Shown: positions 26,666 through 40,110 of the stretch, in pieces
How positions within the stretch are numbered: position 1 is the stretch's first letter
Layout of the letters: every line of letters begins with the position of its first letter
DNA from: Octopus vulgaris
Lineage: Eukaryota
Assembly: GCA_951406725.2 (NCBI GenBank)
Contig: OX597832.1
Span: forward strand, 68,448,001 to 68,512,000
Reading direction: 5' to 3'
Length of the DNA stretch: 64,000 nt
Translations under genes and position numbers: made by a program
The notes under the pieces: generated by a model
What the model saw: the letters and a program-made list of their open reading frames with translations, nothing else
Databases searched by the model: none
Told to the model about the DNA's origin: nothing

Positions 26666-26667
26666 TA

Positions 26668-27008
26668 ATAATGTTTTCCTAAAAGAAATGGAGAAACTTT
26701 CAAAATACAAAAATCTGGAAATAGAGGTGACTCAAATGTGGAGTCTGAAAACAGAAACAATTCTTATTATAGTAGGCGCATTAGGTATGATAAAAAAATA
26801 TTCAGATAAATTCGTAACAAAAACACCAAGATTTCCAAGTGTAGGCGCGGGAGTGGCTGTGTGGTAAGTAGCTTGCTTACCAACTACATGGTTCCGGGTT
26901 CAGTCCCACTGCGTGGCATCTTGGGCAAGTGTCTTCTACTATAGCCTCGGGCCAACCAAAGCCTTGTGAGTGGATTTGGTAGACGGAAACTGAAAGAAGC
27001 CCGTCGTA

Positions 27009-27049
<41 letters not shown>

Positions 27050-27410
27050 ATGTTTGTGTGTCTGTGTTTGTCCCCCTAGCATTGCTTGACAACCGATGCT
27101 GGTGGGTTTACGTCACCATCACTTAGCGGTTCGGCAAAAGAGACCGATAGAATAAGTACTGGGCTTACAAAGAATAAGTCCTGGGGTTGATTTACTCGAC
27201 TAAAGGCGGTGCTCCAGCATGGCTGCAGTCAAATGACTAAAACAAGTAAAAGAGAAAAGAGTAAGAGTATATAACATACAGAAAATAGCACTACTGGGTA
27301 CCACACATATCCTATGTAAAACATTCTCAATACAGTAAAAATAAGAGCATCACAACAAACCACAGCACATACCCATGGCATGTGATACAAATAAGACTAA
27401 TGAATAATAA
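26668..27410 (+). mobile_element. Dong/R4-like LINE restriction-like endonuclease C-terminus, split by a SINE
   Basis: KEMEKLSKYKNLEIEVTQMWSLKTETILIIVGALGMIKK before SINE; YNIQKIALLGTTHIL..SIQ* after it; ends in taataataa. Confidence 0.8.
26844..27268 (+). mobile_element. Young full-length OR2-like CORE tRNA-SINE
   Basis: ggcgcgggagtggctgtgtggtaag..ggttccgggttcagtccc..cttgggcaagtgtcttct..aaggcggtgctccagcatgg; near-identical to 37098-37517. Confidence 0.9.
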
Positions 27411-27431
27411 TGATGATGATGATGATGATAA

Positions 27432-27962
27432 TCTAACATATTGTGAGCAAGTGTAGCAAGCTGGCCCAAAAGCAATACAAAAGGAGGCACGATAACATGG
27501 CTAATTTCATTTATTGGAGGCTATGTGAAAAGTATGGCCTGAACAGAGCACAGAAATGGTACAAACATGAACTAGAAGGAATCACCAAGAACAAGGAACA
27601 TAAGATACTGTGGGATTTTACAGACTACTAAAAGACGAAATTGCAAGAACGTGTTTGCCATTCCAGTAGCTGTTGGGGCATTTGGAGCACAAAATACAAC
27701 CAAGTTCAAGAAATATGTCAAAGAAAGTGGATTAACATGAGAGCAGAACAAGCCCCCAAAACTGCTATGCGGGGAGTATTTAGCATTGTGAGATTGGTAC
27801 TTTGATGTGGAATGTCTTCCATGATAATTAACTACCAAGTATCAAAGCTCATAACATGCGGTAAGAGACCTTACGAGACCGCTGACAGCAGGCTGCTCTC
27901 TGCTCTCACAGAATCTACCAGAAGAAACAAGACCAAACGTTCCGAGAAGTAAAACAATAATA
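27432..27962 (+). mobile_element. Second Dong/R4-like LINE fragment (CCHC knuckle to 3' end, internal deletion)
   Basis: HIVSKCSKLAQKQYKRRHDNMANFIYWRLCEKYGL..KILWDF; IPVAVGAFG; 3' end gagaagtaaaacaataataa shared with 28960-29050 and 40110-40207. Confidence 0.85.
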
Positions 27963-28001
27963 AATATTTCCATCCCCTCAGAAAAAATTCTTTCTTATAA
28001 A

Positions 28002-28433
28002 TCCCTATATGCTCTGAATTCACTGCATTTAAGTGATATTTGTTAAAAATTTCGTTAAAATGTATCCATTTTTCTGGAAGTTATTAGACAACAAAATTGG
28101 CAGTGGGGGTACACATCTGTAGTTATGCTGGACCCTCTATTAATGAGCAACAAGATGTGTACGACTTCGTTTGTAACAGTTTAGAGGGGAACACATCTGC
28201 ATTGATTTTCACTGACACTCCAGATGGAACAGGAAAGACTTGCCTGATAAATAATCAATAAAAACATGTACTTAAACATGTACTTGTAAACCAGACCTAT
28301 GATGACATGAACAAATTGAATTATTTAACTGAAGCATCAGAAAATTTACTTTCATTTCAAAGCAATGTTGAAATCAGCTTCAATATTTTATAACCTGAAC
28401 TGTCAGTGACCAAAAGGGTCATAGATAGTCTAG
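28002..28433 (+). mobile_element. Internally deleted Helitron with PIF1-helicase remnant
   Basis: 28139-28261 reads INEQQDVYDFVCNSLEGNTSALIFTDTPDGTGKTCLIN (Walker A like Helitron DAPGGTGKT); 3' hairpin gtgacc-aaaag-ggtcat then CTAG|T at 28430-28434; tentative A|TC 5' end. Confidence 0.65.
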
Positions 28434-28703
28434 TTAATAACAATAGTAGTTTCAAATATTGGCACAAGGCCAGTAATTTCAGATGCAGGATTAAGTGAAT
28501 TACATTGACCTCCAGAGCCCAACTGAGCCTGAAAGGATGAAGAGCAAAGTCACCCTGGGCAGAATTTGAACTCAGAACTTGAGGATGGATGAAATGCTGC
28601 TATGCATTTGGCCCAGTTTAGTAACAATTCTTCCAGTTCACTGCCTTAAATAATTAATTAATTAATTAATTAATTATAATAATGATAACTATTGATAATA
28701 GAA

Positions 28704-28756
<53 letters not shown>

Positions 28757-31634
28757 CATTATTATGATTATTATTATTATTATTATTAAGGTGGCAATCT
28801 GGCAGAATTGTTAGCGCTAAATGCTTAGCGGTATTTCATCTGCTGCAACATTCTGAGTTCAAATTCTGCTGGGGTCGACTTTGCCTTTCATCCTTTCAGG
28901 ATCAATTAAATAAGTACCAGTTATGCACTGGGGTTGGACAGCTAATAGTGTGATCAAAGCATTGGACAGCAGGCTGCCCTCCATTCTCACAGAATCTTCC
29001 AGAACAAACAAGACTGAACGTTCTGAGAAGTAAAACAATAATAATAATAAAAGCAACAACAACAGTAACAAAAACAATAATAAAGAAAAATATTTTTACA
29101 AGAAAATATGAGAGACAGCCAAACCTAGAAGAACTGAATGAAACACTCTTCAAAGGTGATAATCACCTGGACTGGCCACCTGAATCTGGTGGAAGTTAAT
29201 GAGTTAACTGGGAAAACATTTAGCAAGATTTACCTGTAAGTAATACAACCAAAATATATTCAAATTTTATTTCTGAACAGCAAATAAAAATCAAATTATA
29301 TGTTATGATTATTTACTAAATTTTTATGCAGAATTAGGAATTATAAAAACTCGGTGTTTTAGACACAGCAGTTGTTTTGAGTTTGATGTCTGCTGGAATT
29401 CATTTGAAATCCAGATAAAGTTAAATAAAATGTTTGTACATCATGAATAATAAAATAAAATGTATAATTCAACTTGAAGCATGATTTAAGATATCAATAG
29501 TTTCCTTATATAGTCGTGGATGCTGATTTGTAGAAAGTTCATCAGGCCTTCAACTCTCAGAAATCACCATTACACTTCTTATCGCTAAATGAAAAACAAT
29601 GATAAATGAAGAGAGACAAATAACTGGTTTGCTATATCACTATCATATCATCAGTTGGACATCCATTTTTCCAATGCTTCAATGGATCAGAAGAAATTCA
29701 CTAAAGCAGTTTATCTATGGCTGGATGCCCTTCCTGTTTCAAGGCAAGGGAAGATTTCCCCTTGGCCGGGCATGTTTTCATTAAGGATACAAAGGAATGA
29801 TACAGCTCGTATGACTGCAACATATGCTTACAACTTGCTTGCAATGTCACAACAAACACACACATAGACATGACTGTTTTCTTTCAGTTTCCTTCAGCCA
29901 AATTCACTCATAAGGATTTGGTCAGCTGTGGGCTACAATAGAAGACACTGCAAAGGCACCATGCATAAGATCTGAACCAGAGAACACAAGGCTGGAAGCA
30001 AACTTCCTAACTAAATGGCCATGAAGGTATTTATGCCCCAGTATGATAAAGATTTATGCTTATAGGCAGTTTTAGTGAAGAACACAAATATTTTTATATA
30101 AATATATAAACACCTATGCAACAGAATATAAAAATTATCCAAAATATAAAATATCTCTTTTTTTAAAAAGTAAAGCATTTTATATAAAGCGAAAATAAAA
30201 AGAAAATAAGAAAAATGTTTTTCAATTAAAATGAAAAATCTAAATCTTTCAACATACCTTCTACAAACTGAAGAATTCATTAAGATTAAATGTTTCTAAT
30301 TAATTTTAATTACCTTCAAAAATTAGATTCCTAATTAGAACCAATTAGCGATGAATATGCAATAATATGTGACTTTGATTTAACAAGTTAAATATTTGAC
30401 ATTTTCAAACAAGAGATGAAAAAGAACTGTTGCTTTTTTGCATATTTTAATCGTATTTGCTGTTGATGTTTAGCCCTAAGTCAATCCTGATTGAGCAGAC
30501 CTTTGATCAGAGGTGATCAGGTCATGAATGCTAATTTATTTCTTCTTAGATTTGTGTTTCAGATATTCTGTATCTAATCAATAAAACATTCTTCCATATG
30601 TCCTTCCTTTTTTACAATAATAGTGTTTGATCTGGAGAAGATTTAGCATCTAGTTTTAACAGAATATCTGGGAAGGATAGCATAGCCTTTGTTTTATTCA
30701 GGGCAAAAATGGTGAAAATATTCTCAGACTACAGAATGACTTGACAGTTTTGTTACCATATTTCTCTTGAAAATCTCTTTGAAATTAATGAGGAATTTAC
30801 TAAAGTAATTATAATTATTAACCAAAACTATGATGGCAATTTGGCAGAATTGTTAGCATGTTGGGCAAAATGCTTCACAACATTTCATTTGACTTTACAT
30901 TCAAATTCTGGTGAGGTCAGCTTAGCCTTTAATGTTTTGGGGGTCAGTAACATAAGTACCAGGCATGAATTGGGGGTTGATTTAATCGACTTAGCTCCTC
31001 CCTCGAAACTGTTGGTCTCACACCAAAACTTGAAACCATTATTTACCAAATATTTTAGATATTTTGATGGAAGAATTAAATTTAGACTGCTTTAAGACAT
31101 GTAATATGTCTCAAAGAAGTGGGATGGTCTCAAGTGAATTGGTATTTATAGTGTGGTTAAGAAGCATGCTTGTCAACCATGTGGATTCAGGTTCAGTCCT
31201 ATTAAACATCACCTTGGACAAGTGTTTTCTAAAATTAGGCTGACCAATGCTTTTTCAGTCAATTTGGCAAACAGAAACTGTGTGGAAGCTGGTCGTGTAC
31301 ATTTGTGCATTGGTGGATGTTATTGTGTCCCTCACCACTGCTTGTCATCCAGCACTGGTTTGTTTATGTCTCTCAAACTTAGAGGTTCAGCAAAAGAGAC
31401 AGACAGAATAAGTATCAGACTTTAAAAACTAAATAACGGAGTCAATTTGTTTGACTAAACCACTTATCACTTCCCTTTGTGACCTTACAAGGCACTCATC
31501 AAGACACAAATACCCTACTCTTCTCCAACTATGTTCTTTTCTACTCTAGGCATAAGGCCCGAAATTTTGGAAGAGGGGTGCCAGTCAATTAGATCGAACA
31601 CAACTGGTACTTAATTTATCGACCCCAAAATGAT

Positions 31635-31923
31635 GGACACATTGTTTCCAGCTGGCTGTACAACACGATCTGTGTCCTTATATTTTTGAACAAGGGAATC
31701 TAGCACCCCCACTCAGCTCAAAACAATATCTGTGTATTGCGATTTCTGGGTTATTTCATTTCATCAGCACAGAATAGCTGTTCAGCCAGATGTGCTGCTG
31801 CCAAATTCCTGGAAATCATGATACACAGATATTGTTTTGAGCTGAGTGGAGGTGCTAGATTCCCTTGTTTGAAAATAAGAGGACACAGATTGTGTCGTAT
31901 AGCCAGCTGGAGACGATGTCTCC
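31635..31923. mobile_element. Foldback/MITE-like element with ~116-bp inverted arms
   Basis: 31635-31750 inverted to 31808-31923 (aacaagggaatctagcacc..ctcagctcaaaacaatatctgtgtat); truncates an adjacent SINE. Confidence 0.75.
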
Positions 31924-32334
31924 TGGGGGCTAAAAGTAACTATACATAAAATATATTTTGCCAGTAACATTCGTCCTAAACCAGGACTGCCATGTTATGT
32001 TGGCAAACAATCTTTACTCCAAAGTACTGTTGCTGAATATCTCTCATTGTGAGATTTAAAAATTGTAATTTTCTAATACATAAGTTTATTTTCAAGAGAA
32101 GACACAATGGATATTTATGTGAAATAGCATCATACATACCAAATGTATGCATCACATTTACGTAGAACATCTGAAGTGTGAAATACATGAGTATTTCATA
32201 ACCTCATACAGCAACTCATAGTGTATCCTGCTGAAAATACTAAATAAATATTAGATACTAATAGATGAGCAAGAATTATTTGAGGCATGCCATAAGAAAT
32301 ATTTTGCTTCACTGGAATTGCATTTAAACAACCA

Positions 32335-33142
32335 AATATTCTTCTTTCAGGTGAACACCTCATGGCATCAAACACCGCTAGGGACCTCGCTATGACTGTC
32401 GATCATAACTTAAGTTGGAATGTCCACATAAACAAGAAAGTTGACATAACCCGCAAGGCTTGCTCCAGGATGCTCGGGACCTTCCAATCTAGAGATGCTT
32501 CGACCATTATCCTTCTTTTTTCTACCTTCGCCTTCCCTTATCTTGAATAATGTTGTCCGCTATGGTCTCCTTACACGAGCCAGAATATTAAAAAGCTTGA
32601 AGCACCCCAGAGATAAATTACAAAAAGAATTGATGGTATGTCTGGTTTTAATTACTGGGATCAACTCATGAATCTCAAACTGTATACTCTCCAGTGCTGC
32701 CGAGAGTGCTATATTATTTGTATGATGTGGAAATTGTTCCGTCAGTATTGCCCGAATGATATTGGTATCACTTTTAAAATCCAGACAAGGCTTGGTCCCC
32801 GTGCCGTGACTCCTCTACAGAAATCGTGCTCTTAGCACATCACAAGACTAAGACAGAACCACTTCTTCTCAACTAGACCTACTCTTTTTAACATCATTCC
32901 AAAACATATAAAAGAGGAAAAAATATTTCATAACCTTCAGAAAGTTCCTGGATGAATATCTCCAACAAACTCCAGATAAACCACCTACACCCGGATATAC
33001 TGTTGCAAACAACAACTCTTTAATCGAATGAGCAATGGTGCCTAAAAGTAACTATACATAAAATACATTACTAAATGTCTTTTCCAGGTAGCACTATTAA
33101 GTTAGCTATGGTCGTGGCTAATGTGGCCAAAATCTATCTAAG
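32335..33142 (+). mobile_element. CR1-group LINE 3' fragment, pseudogenised
   Basis: RDLAMTVDHNLSWNVHINK..PYLE*CCPLWSPY..NYWDQLMNLKLYTLQ..FLDEYLQQTPDKPPTPGY. Confidence 0.85.
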
Positions 33143-33175
<33 letters not shown>

Positions 33176-33233
33176 CAAAAATTAAATGCAGTATAATTAC
33201 AACCACCCTTATTAGTTGATTAAATATATATAC

Positions 33234-33276
<43 letters not shown>

Positions 33277-33458
33277 CTACAAAATTAGAGAATGGAGAAA
33301 CATACTTAAATCAATAAAACATCAACTATCCGATGATACCCAAACAATACTTTAATACACCATTACATATGAGTAAAGGCATTATATAAAATATACAGTA
33401 ATAGTAAAAAGACAAAGAGATATAAGTAAAAATTTTCAACCCCTATCTCATTTTATAA

Positions 33459-33493
<35 letters not shown>

Positions 33494-35101
33494 GTAATAA
33501 GTACTGTTCAAGTGTGGACCAATGCCAGTTCCAGGCAAAGATCCCCGTGTCAGTGGCACATAAAAAGCAGCATCCAAATGTAGTCGATGCCAATGCTGCC
33601 TGACTGACTCCCATACCAGTGGCATGTAAAAAGCATCCACTACACTCTTGGAGTGGTTGGCATTATAAAGGTCATCTAGCTGTAGAAACCTTGCCAGATC
33701 GGATTGGACCCTGGCACAGCCTACTGGCTTGCCAGTTCCCAGTCAAACCGTCTAACCCATGCCAGCATGGAAAACAGGCATTAAACGATGAGGATGATGA
33801 TGATGATATATATATATTGATAAAGAAATATGGAGAAGAAAGGTAAAGCAATGTTTAAGTAAAGGAAACATTTAATTGAATGAAATCATTACTATTCCTC
33901 TCTTATCTTTTAGTTGTTTCAGTCACTGGAATACGACCATACTGGGGCACTGCTTTAAAGCATTTAGTTGAAGAAACAAAACCTAGAACTTTACCTAAAG
34001 CTATATTCCATCATTCTCTTTTTCCAAACTTCTAAGTTACAGTTACATAAACAAACCATCACTGGTTAGCAAGAAGCAGTGATGGGGGACGAATAAGCCC
34101 ACAGAGACACCCTCACACACACATGACAGGCTTACTTCAGTTTCCATTCACCAAATTCACTCACAAAGTTTCAGTAACCTGAGGATAGCGTAAAAGATAC
34201 TTTGCCCAAGGTGCTATGCAGCAGACCAGAACCTGGAACCACGTGATTGCGAATCAAGCTTCTTCCCACCCAGCCACACCTGCCTGCTTGTTTTATTTCT
34301 CCATACATCATTATATAAAGGAAAATTTGACGATTTAACAATGTGTGCATAAGCTACACCTATAGCATGTTCATTTTGTAGCAAATTAGCTTTGATCAGA
34401 AAACGTCTTTGTGTGTGAAGGATCCTCAGTTCCACAGAGAGAGCAACATACAATGGCCTGTTTGTGAACATCAAAGGAAAGAGATAAACACAACATTTTG
34501 GTAAGCTTTGCCCTAGAATTTTCCATTTATTGATATGGTAAAAGAAGGCCTGACAGGGAATTGATGCCATCTTAAAGGGAAGGTAAAATGTTATGGAATG
34601 GTTGAAGGATGATACAGGGCAGCAGCAAAGTATATCCTGCATCAAAACCAGGAATTTTATTTGGTTTTATGAAAGGGATGGTAGCAGATTGCTTGAAAAC
34701 GGTTGTAAAGAAATTAATCATGCAACTATCTTTCTGAAATGGTGGAAGAGAAGGAACTAAGGTGGACAGATGGCACTTGGGGATGTGGGCTATTTGTCTC
34801 TGTGAGAGAAAGAAAGAGGGGAGAATGAACAGAAGGAAAGAATAAAAGAGCAAATGAAAAGAGAGAAGAAAGTGCTGAAGAATGAGAAATGGCAAAAGAA
34901 AGAGAGAGAGTGAAATTGAAAACTCAGGGACAATGAAATAGGAAGATATAAAAACGGCTGAAGGAAAGGTGAGGAAGAAAGAGAAAGAAAAATACAGAGA
35001 AAAAGAGAGAGAGATATAAACAAATAGGAAGAAGAAAAAACAATTTGAAAGAAAGAGAGAAAGAGTAAGGAAAAGAAAATAGACAGATACAGATATACAG
35101 G

Positions 35102-35157
<56 letters not shown>

Positions 35158-35566
35158 CAGACAACTAGATAGACTGACAAACAGACAATCAGTCAGATAG
35201 ATCACTAGCTTGCAAGACAGACACCCATTTCTTATTTTTAAAGTAATTTATTATGGAAATTAAGCTAAGAAGAAAAATATTTCTTTGTAAGTTTTCAGAA
35301 AAGACACTTATGAATATTGATTCAGATTTGTGTTTACACTTTCTAATAAGTTATTTCTTTTAAAATTAGAAATTTCTTATCTTCGACAATGGCAGCATAA
35401 TAACTTAACTAAACGTTTTTAACAATTGTGCTGACAAATGGAAACAGTTTGGTAAGAGACTAGCAGAGACACAGAAAATACTGTTGCTATATTCACATGT
35501 GTATATAAGTGTGAATATATATGCCTGTGAGTGTAAATGTGTGTGTATGTATGTATGCATATACAT

Positions 35567-35631
<65 letters not shown>

Positions 35632-36517
35632 AACACACACACACACAAGAGAGAAGAAAGGTGACAAAGAGCAGAGGCAGAAGTTGTGAACTGAACTGGA
35701 AGTTGTGACAGGGTGACAGACTTCATAATTTTTATTTTATGAAGAATATAAATAAACTGTTCCAAGCTGTTGCTAAAAGCTCTTGTCTTTTACAAATATA
35801 AAACAATCATACAGATGTGCAATATATGGATGTGTACATATGCATACAAACACACACACACACACACAAACGTGTGTGTGTTTTATCCATCATCATTGTC
35901 ACCATTCTCATTTTAATATACACTTTCTATGAATGAATACCATTCATATTGCCAACTCGCATCTGAAGTAAGTGTAAAATTTTTCCATGCCTGCAGATGT
36001 TGCAACGAAAGACTGGAGGCAACTGAAATAGTTTGAATAATGGGTGACACATTTACATCTACTGGGTGATGGCAAGAAAGAGAAACAAAGTCACCCATGA
36101 ACACATATACCTTTATATATATATATATATATATATAATTTCAATATGGAGCAAATATTTCACAAAAAGATAATTTGCAAAGATACCATAGACTTTTAAA
36201 ATTTGGCTTCAGATGGTTGATTTCTGTAGTTATTATCAGTGTACTTTGGCGATTTAAATAAGAGTACTGACTGTTATTTTTAGCAGGTAGACATAATTAG
36301 TATGTCCTTTGATTAATTTTAATCCTTCAGTTATACACACACAGTAGTACTTCAGTTTTCGAACAACTCTGATCACAAATAAATTGTGCTTTATCTCCTG
36401 TCTTTCTCATATTCATTTAATACAGTAGCACTTCAGTTTACGAACACCTCTGATCATGCAAAAATTAGATATACATATATTTATTACAATTATATATACA
36501 TATATATCACAATCAAA

Positions 36518-37013
36518 ATCAAATTCGCTGAAATGGCCAATGACAGCTCAGCCTGACTGGCATCTGTGCCCGGGGAAGGTTAAAAGCACCATCCGAGCAT
36601 GATCGTTGCCAGGGCTGCTGAGTGGCTCCCATGCTGGTGGTACATAAAAAGCACCATTCGAGTCTGAATGTTACCAGCGTCACCTTACTGGCACTTGTGC
36701 CGGTGACATGTGAAAAGTCACATTCAAGCGAGGTTGTTGCCAGTGCTACTGGACTGGCTCCTGTGCAGATGGCACATAAAAAAACACCATTTGTGCATAG
36801 CATTTGCCAGTACCGTCTGACTGGCACTCGTGCCAGTGGCACGTAAAAGCACCCACTACACTCTCGGAGTGGTTGGTGTTAGGAAGGGCATCCAGCTGTA
36901 GAAACTCTGGCAGATGAGATAGGGGCCTGGTGCAGCCATCTGGCTTGCCAGTCCTCAGTCAAACCATCCAACCCATGCCAGCATGGAAAGCAGACGTGAA
37001 ATGATGATGACGA
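36518..37013 (+). mobile_element. RTE-tail non-autonomous element with internal ~55-70-bp tandem units
   Basis: Repeated gtgccggtggcacgtaaaaagcacc motif followed by RTE-tail module and (GAT)n. Confidence 0.75.
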
Positions 37014-37097
37014 TATATATATCTAGATAAAGCCTGATTTATTTTTGATCAGAGTTGTTCAAAAACTGAGGTACATCTGTATGTATATATATATATA

Positions 37098-37517
37098 GGC
37101 GCAGGAGTGGCTGTGTGGTAAGTAGCTTGCTTCCCAACCACATGGTTCCGGGTTCAGTCCCACTGTGTGGCACCTTGGGTAAGTGTCTTCTACTATAGCC
37201 TCGGGCCGACCAAAGCCTTGTGAGTGGATTTGGTAGACGGAAACTGAAAGAAGCCCGTCGTATATATGTATATATATATATATGTGTGTGTGCGTGTATG
37301 TTTGTGTGTCTATGTTTGTCCCCCTAGCATTGCTTGACAACCGATGCTGGTGTGTTTATGTCCCTGTCACTTAGCGCTTCGGCAAAAGAGACCGATAGAA
37401 TAAGTACTAGGCTTACAAAGAATAAGTCCCGGGGTCGAGTTGCTCGACTAAAGGCGGTGCTCCAGCATGGCCGCAGTCAACTAACTGAAACAAGTAAAAG
37501 AGTAAAGAGTAAAGAGT
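37098..37517 (+). mobile_element. Young full-length OR2-like CORE tRNA-SINE
   Basis: A/B boxes, CORE-like gcaccttgggtaagtgtc, internal (TA)/(TG) tract, 3' (aaagagt)n tail; further copies at 33895-34283(-), 52947-53305(+), 54633-55025(-). Confidence 0.9.
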
Positions 37518-38876
37518 ATATATATATATATATATAAATGTATATATCTATCTATCTGTATGTATATACATGTGTATATATGTGTATAAATATATACACA
37601 CGCACACATAAACACACAAATACATATATACATATACACACATGTACACATATACACACATATATATACATACACACATACATGTGTGAGTGCATTTGTG
37701 TGTATGTATGTATATATGTTGGTATGTATAAATGGCTTCTTTCAATTTCTATCAACCAAATCCACTCGCACGGCACTGGATTGTGCAAGGTGCTGAGCAG
37801 TGGGACTGAACCTGAAACCACAAGGTTGAAAAGCAAGCTTCTTAACCCCCACAGCTATTTGTCCTTCTGAAATGCTTTTGTTGTTATGGTGCTTGTTAAA
37901 GTGTGCACACATATGTGTGAGTGCATGTGTGTGTGTATGTGTGTGTGTGTGTGCATGTATGTATATATGCGTGTGTGTGTGCATAAACATAAGGACAAAA
38001 TAATTGATGTGATGTTTGGCAGTTTTGTTTAGTCTGACAGTTTCGTCTTCTTCATATTTCACTAAAAGAGTAAATGGGAATTCATTAAGTTATTCTGAAA
38101 GTGTTTTGGTTACAATCCAAATAAAGATTTTCGTCCTCCACAGGGTGATGTCAGTTTAGAGGTCATCAATTGTTATATAACAAATTATATAACAACACAC
38201 ATTGCTTCGCCAATAATCAGACATTGAACAATGGCAATTTATTATGATTTGTAGGGGAAGACGACAGTATTGATAGAGTCATCAAAGGGTTTGGGGGTCG
38301 TAGAATTTAGTTTGCAGACTTAGAACTTGGTCAAAGAAATTCTCAGACATTAAAAACAAAAGACACAAAAGGGCAAAAAGATAAAGTAATTACAACTTAG
38401 AAATTACTAATCAAACATTAGTAATTAAATGACTTAATGGATTTTAAAATAGAAATGCTAGTCTTGAAAACATATTCAATAATGAGAATATTAAAGATGT
38501 TTTAATTAGAATATAATTTTTTTTTTTTTTTTACAATTGTCCATTAGTGGAAATACAAACAAGAAACAACTGTGTTTTCTGCTAGCATATTTCCATTTCA
38601 CTGAAATTTGGTTGCATAAGAGTACCCCACGATGTATTAAATGTATAGAAAATAATGATTAGTCGTGGAAACTGATTCCATGATGTAAATTTATAATTGA
38701 CTAGGTTTTAAGCACACGGTACAATACATTCACACATATTAATTGAGGTTTTAATTACAGAATATTAATAATGTGAAAATCAATATAATAATGCATGTGT
38801 CTTTCGAAAGTAGGAAACTTGTTAGTTTATGTTTGTGTTGTGTTTATAATGGGTGTACGTGTACATATGAACATAC

Positions 38877-38934
38877 CTATCTATCTATCTATCTATCTTT
38901 CTATCTATCTATCTATCTATCTATCTATCGATCG

Positions 38935-38972
<38 letters not shown>

Positions 38973-38992
38973 TTATCTATCTATCTATATAT

Positions 38993-39076
<84 letters not shown>
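38877..39076. repeat. (CTAT)n followed by complementary (AGAT)n
   Basis: Direct reading. Confidence 0.95.
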
Positions 39077-39077
<1 letters not shown>

Positions 39078-39271
39078 AATGTAGGTTCCATGGATCGAGG
39101 TGTTGGACAAAAGTTAGCGTCAAGCAATCCGTAGTAAATATAGAAAAATAACTTTCAGGGACAGTAGTGGTTTATTGAGATGGAAGGTTGTGGATTATTT
39201 TGTATTGAAGTACAATAAGCTGGAAAGAGTTCCTTCTATATTTCATCGTACCAACTCCATTCTGTAACTCT

Positions 39272-39315
<44 letters not shown>

Positions 39316-39880
39316 TGTACAAATTTGACATGGGTGATTCTTTCTTGTCTTGGGATTCACTGTCAAACAGCTGGGTGGAATTGCGCGAAAAATTACACAG
39401 ATGTGTAGAATGATCTGGTGTTGATGCTGGGCTTTGTACATGGTTACCGAGATAATCTCTATAATAATACTCTTGTGTTAATGAATGAGAAAGGAAGAGG
39501 TGATATCATACTTGGTAGTGGGATGATGAAAATTGTACGCTGAAAAAATACATCAAGCAGCATTTCAAATCTGTGTGAATATGTGTGTGAATGTGAATGT
39601 GTGTGTGTGTGTGTGCATGTGCACATGCAAAGGAAGTGGGATGGTTCATCTTTGTTTGCTTAGTATTTGGGTTTTTTGTTTTGATTTGGTTGAATCTTTG
39701 TTGGTTTAGTTTTTTTGGTGGTCAGTTATTTTTAGCACTTTGACAGAAAAAAGTAATTCTAAAATTGTTTTTTAATGTAAGCGTGCCCAAACAAGTCAAA
39801 TGCTTACACAGAACAGGTTTTAAAGCCCCATCTTTCAAACCGACCGGATGAAACTGGGCTTAGCTGCTAGCTACATATAC

Positions 39881-39938
<58 letters not shown>

Positions 39939-40035
39939 CAAAGTTTGTCTGACTGATTCTGATCTCATAGTGCAACTAAGTGGAGTTCTAACACAGAAAC
40001 AACTTTACACACTCAGTTGCAAAACAACTGCGAAC

Positions 40036-40110
<75 letters not shown>

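Noticed and set aside
39077-39272. Microsatellite-flanked unique block, possibly a Penelope fragment (also 33260-33460, 48445-48600)
   Set aside because: No HHR core or coding motif visible; 48445-48600 only loosely resembles 21490-21534.
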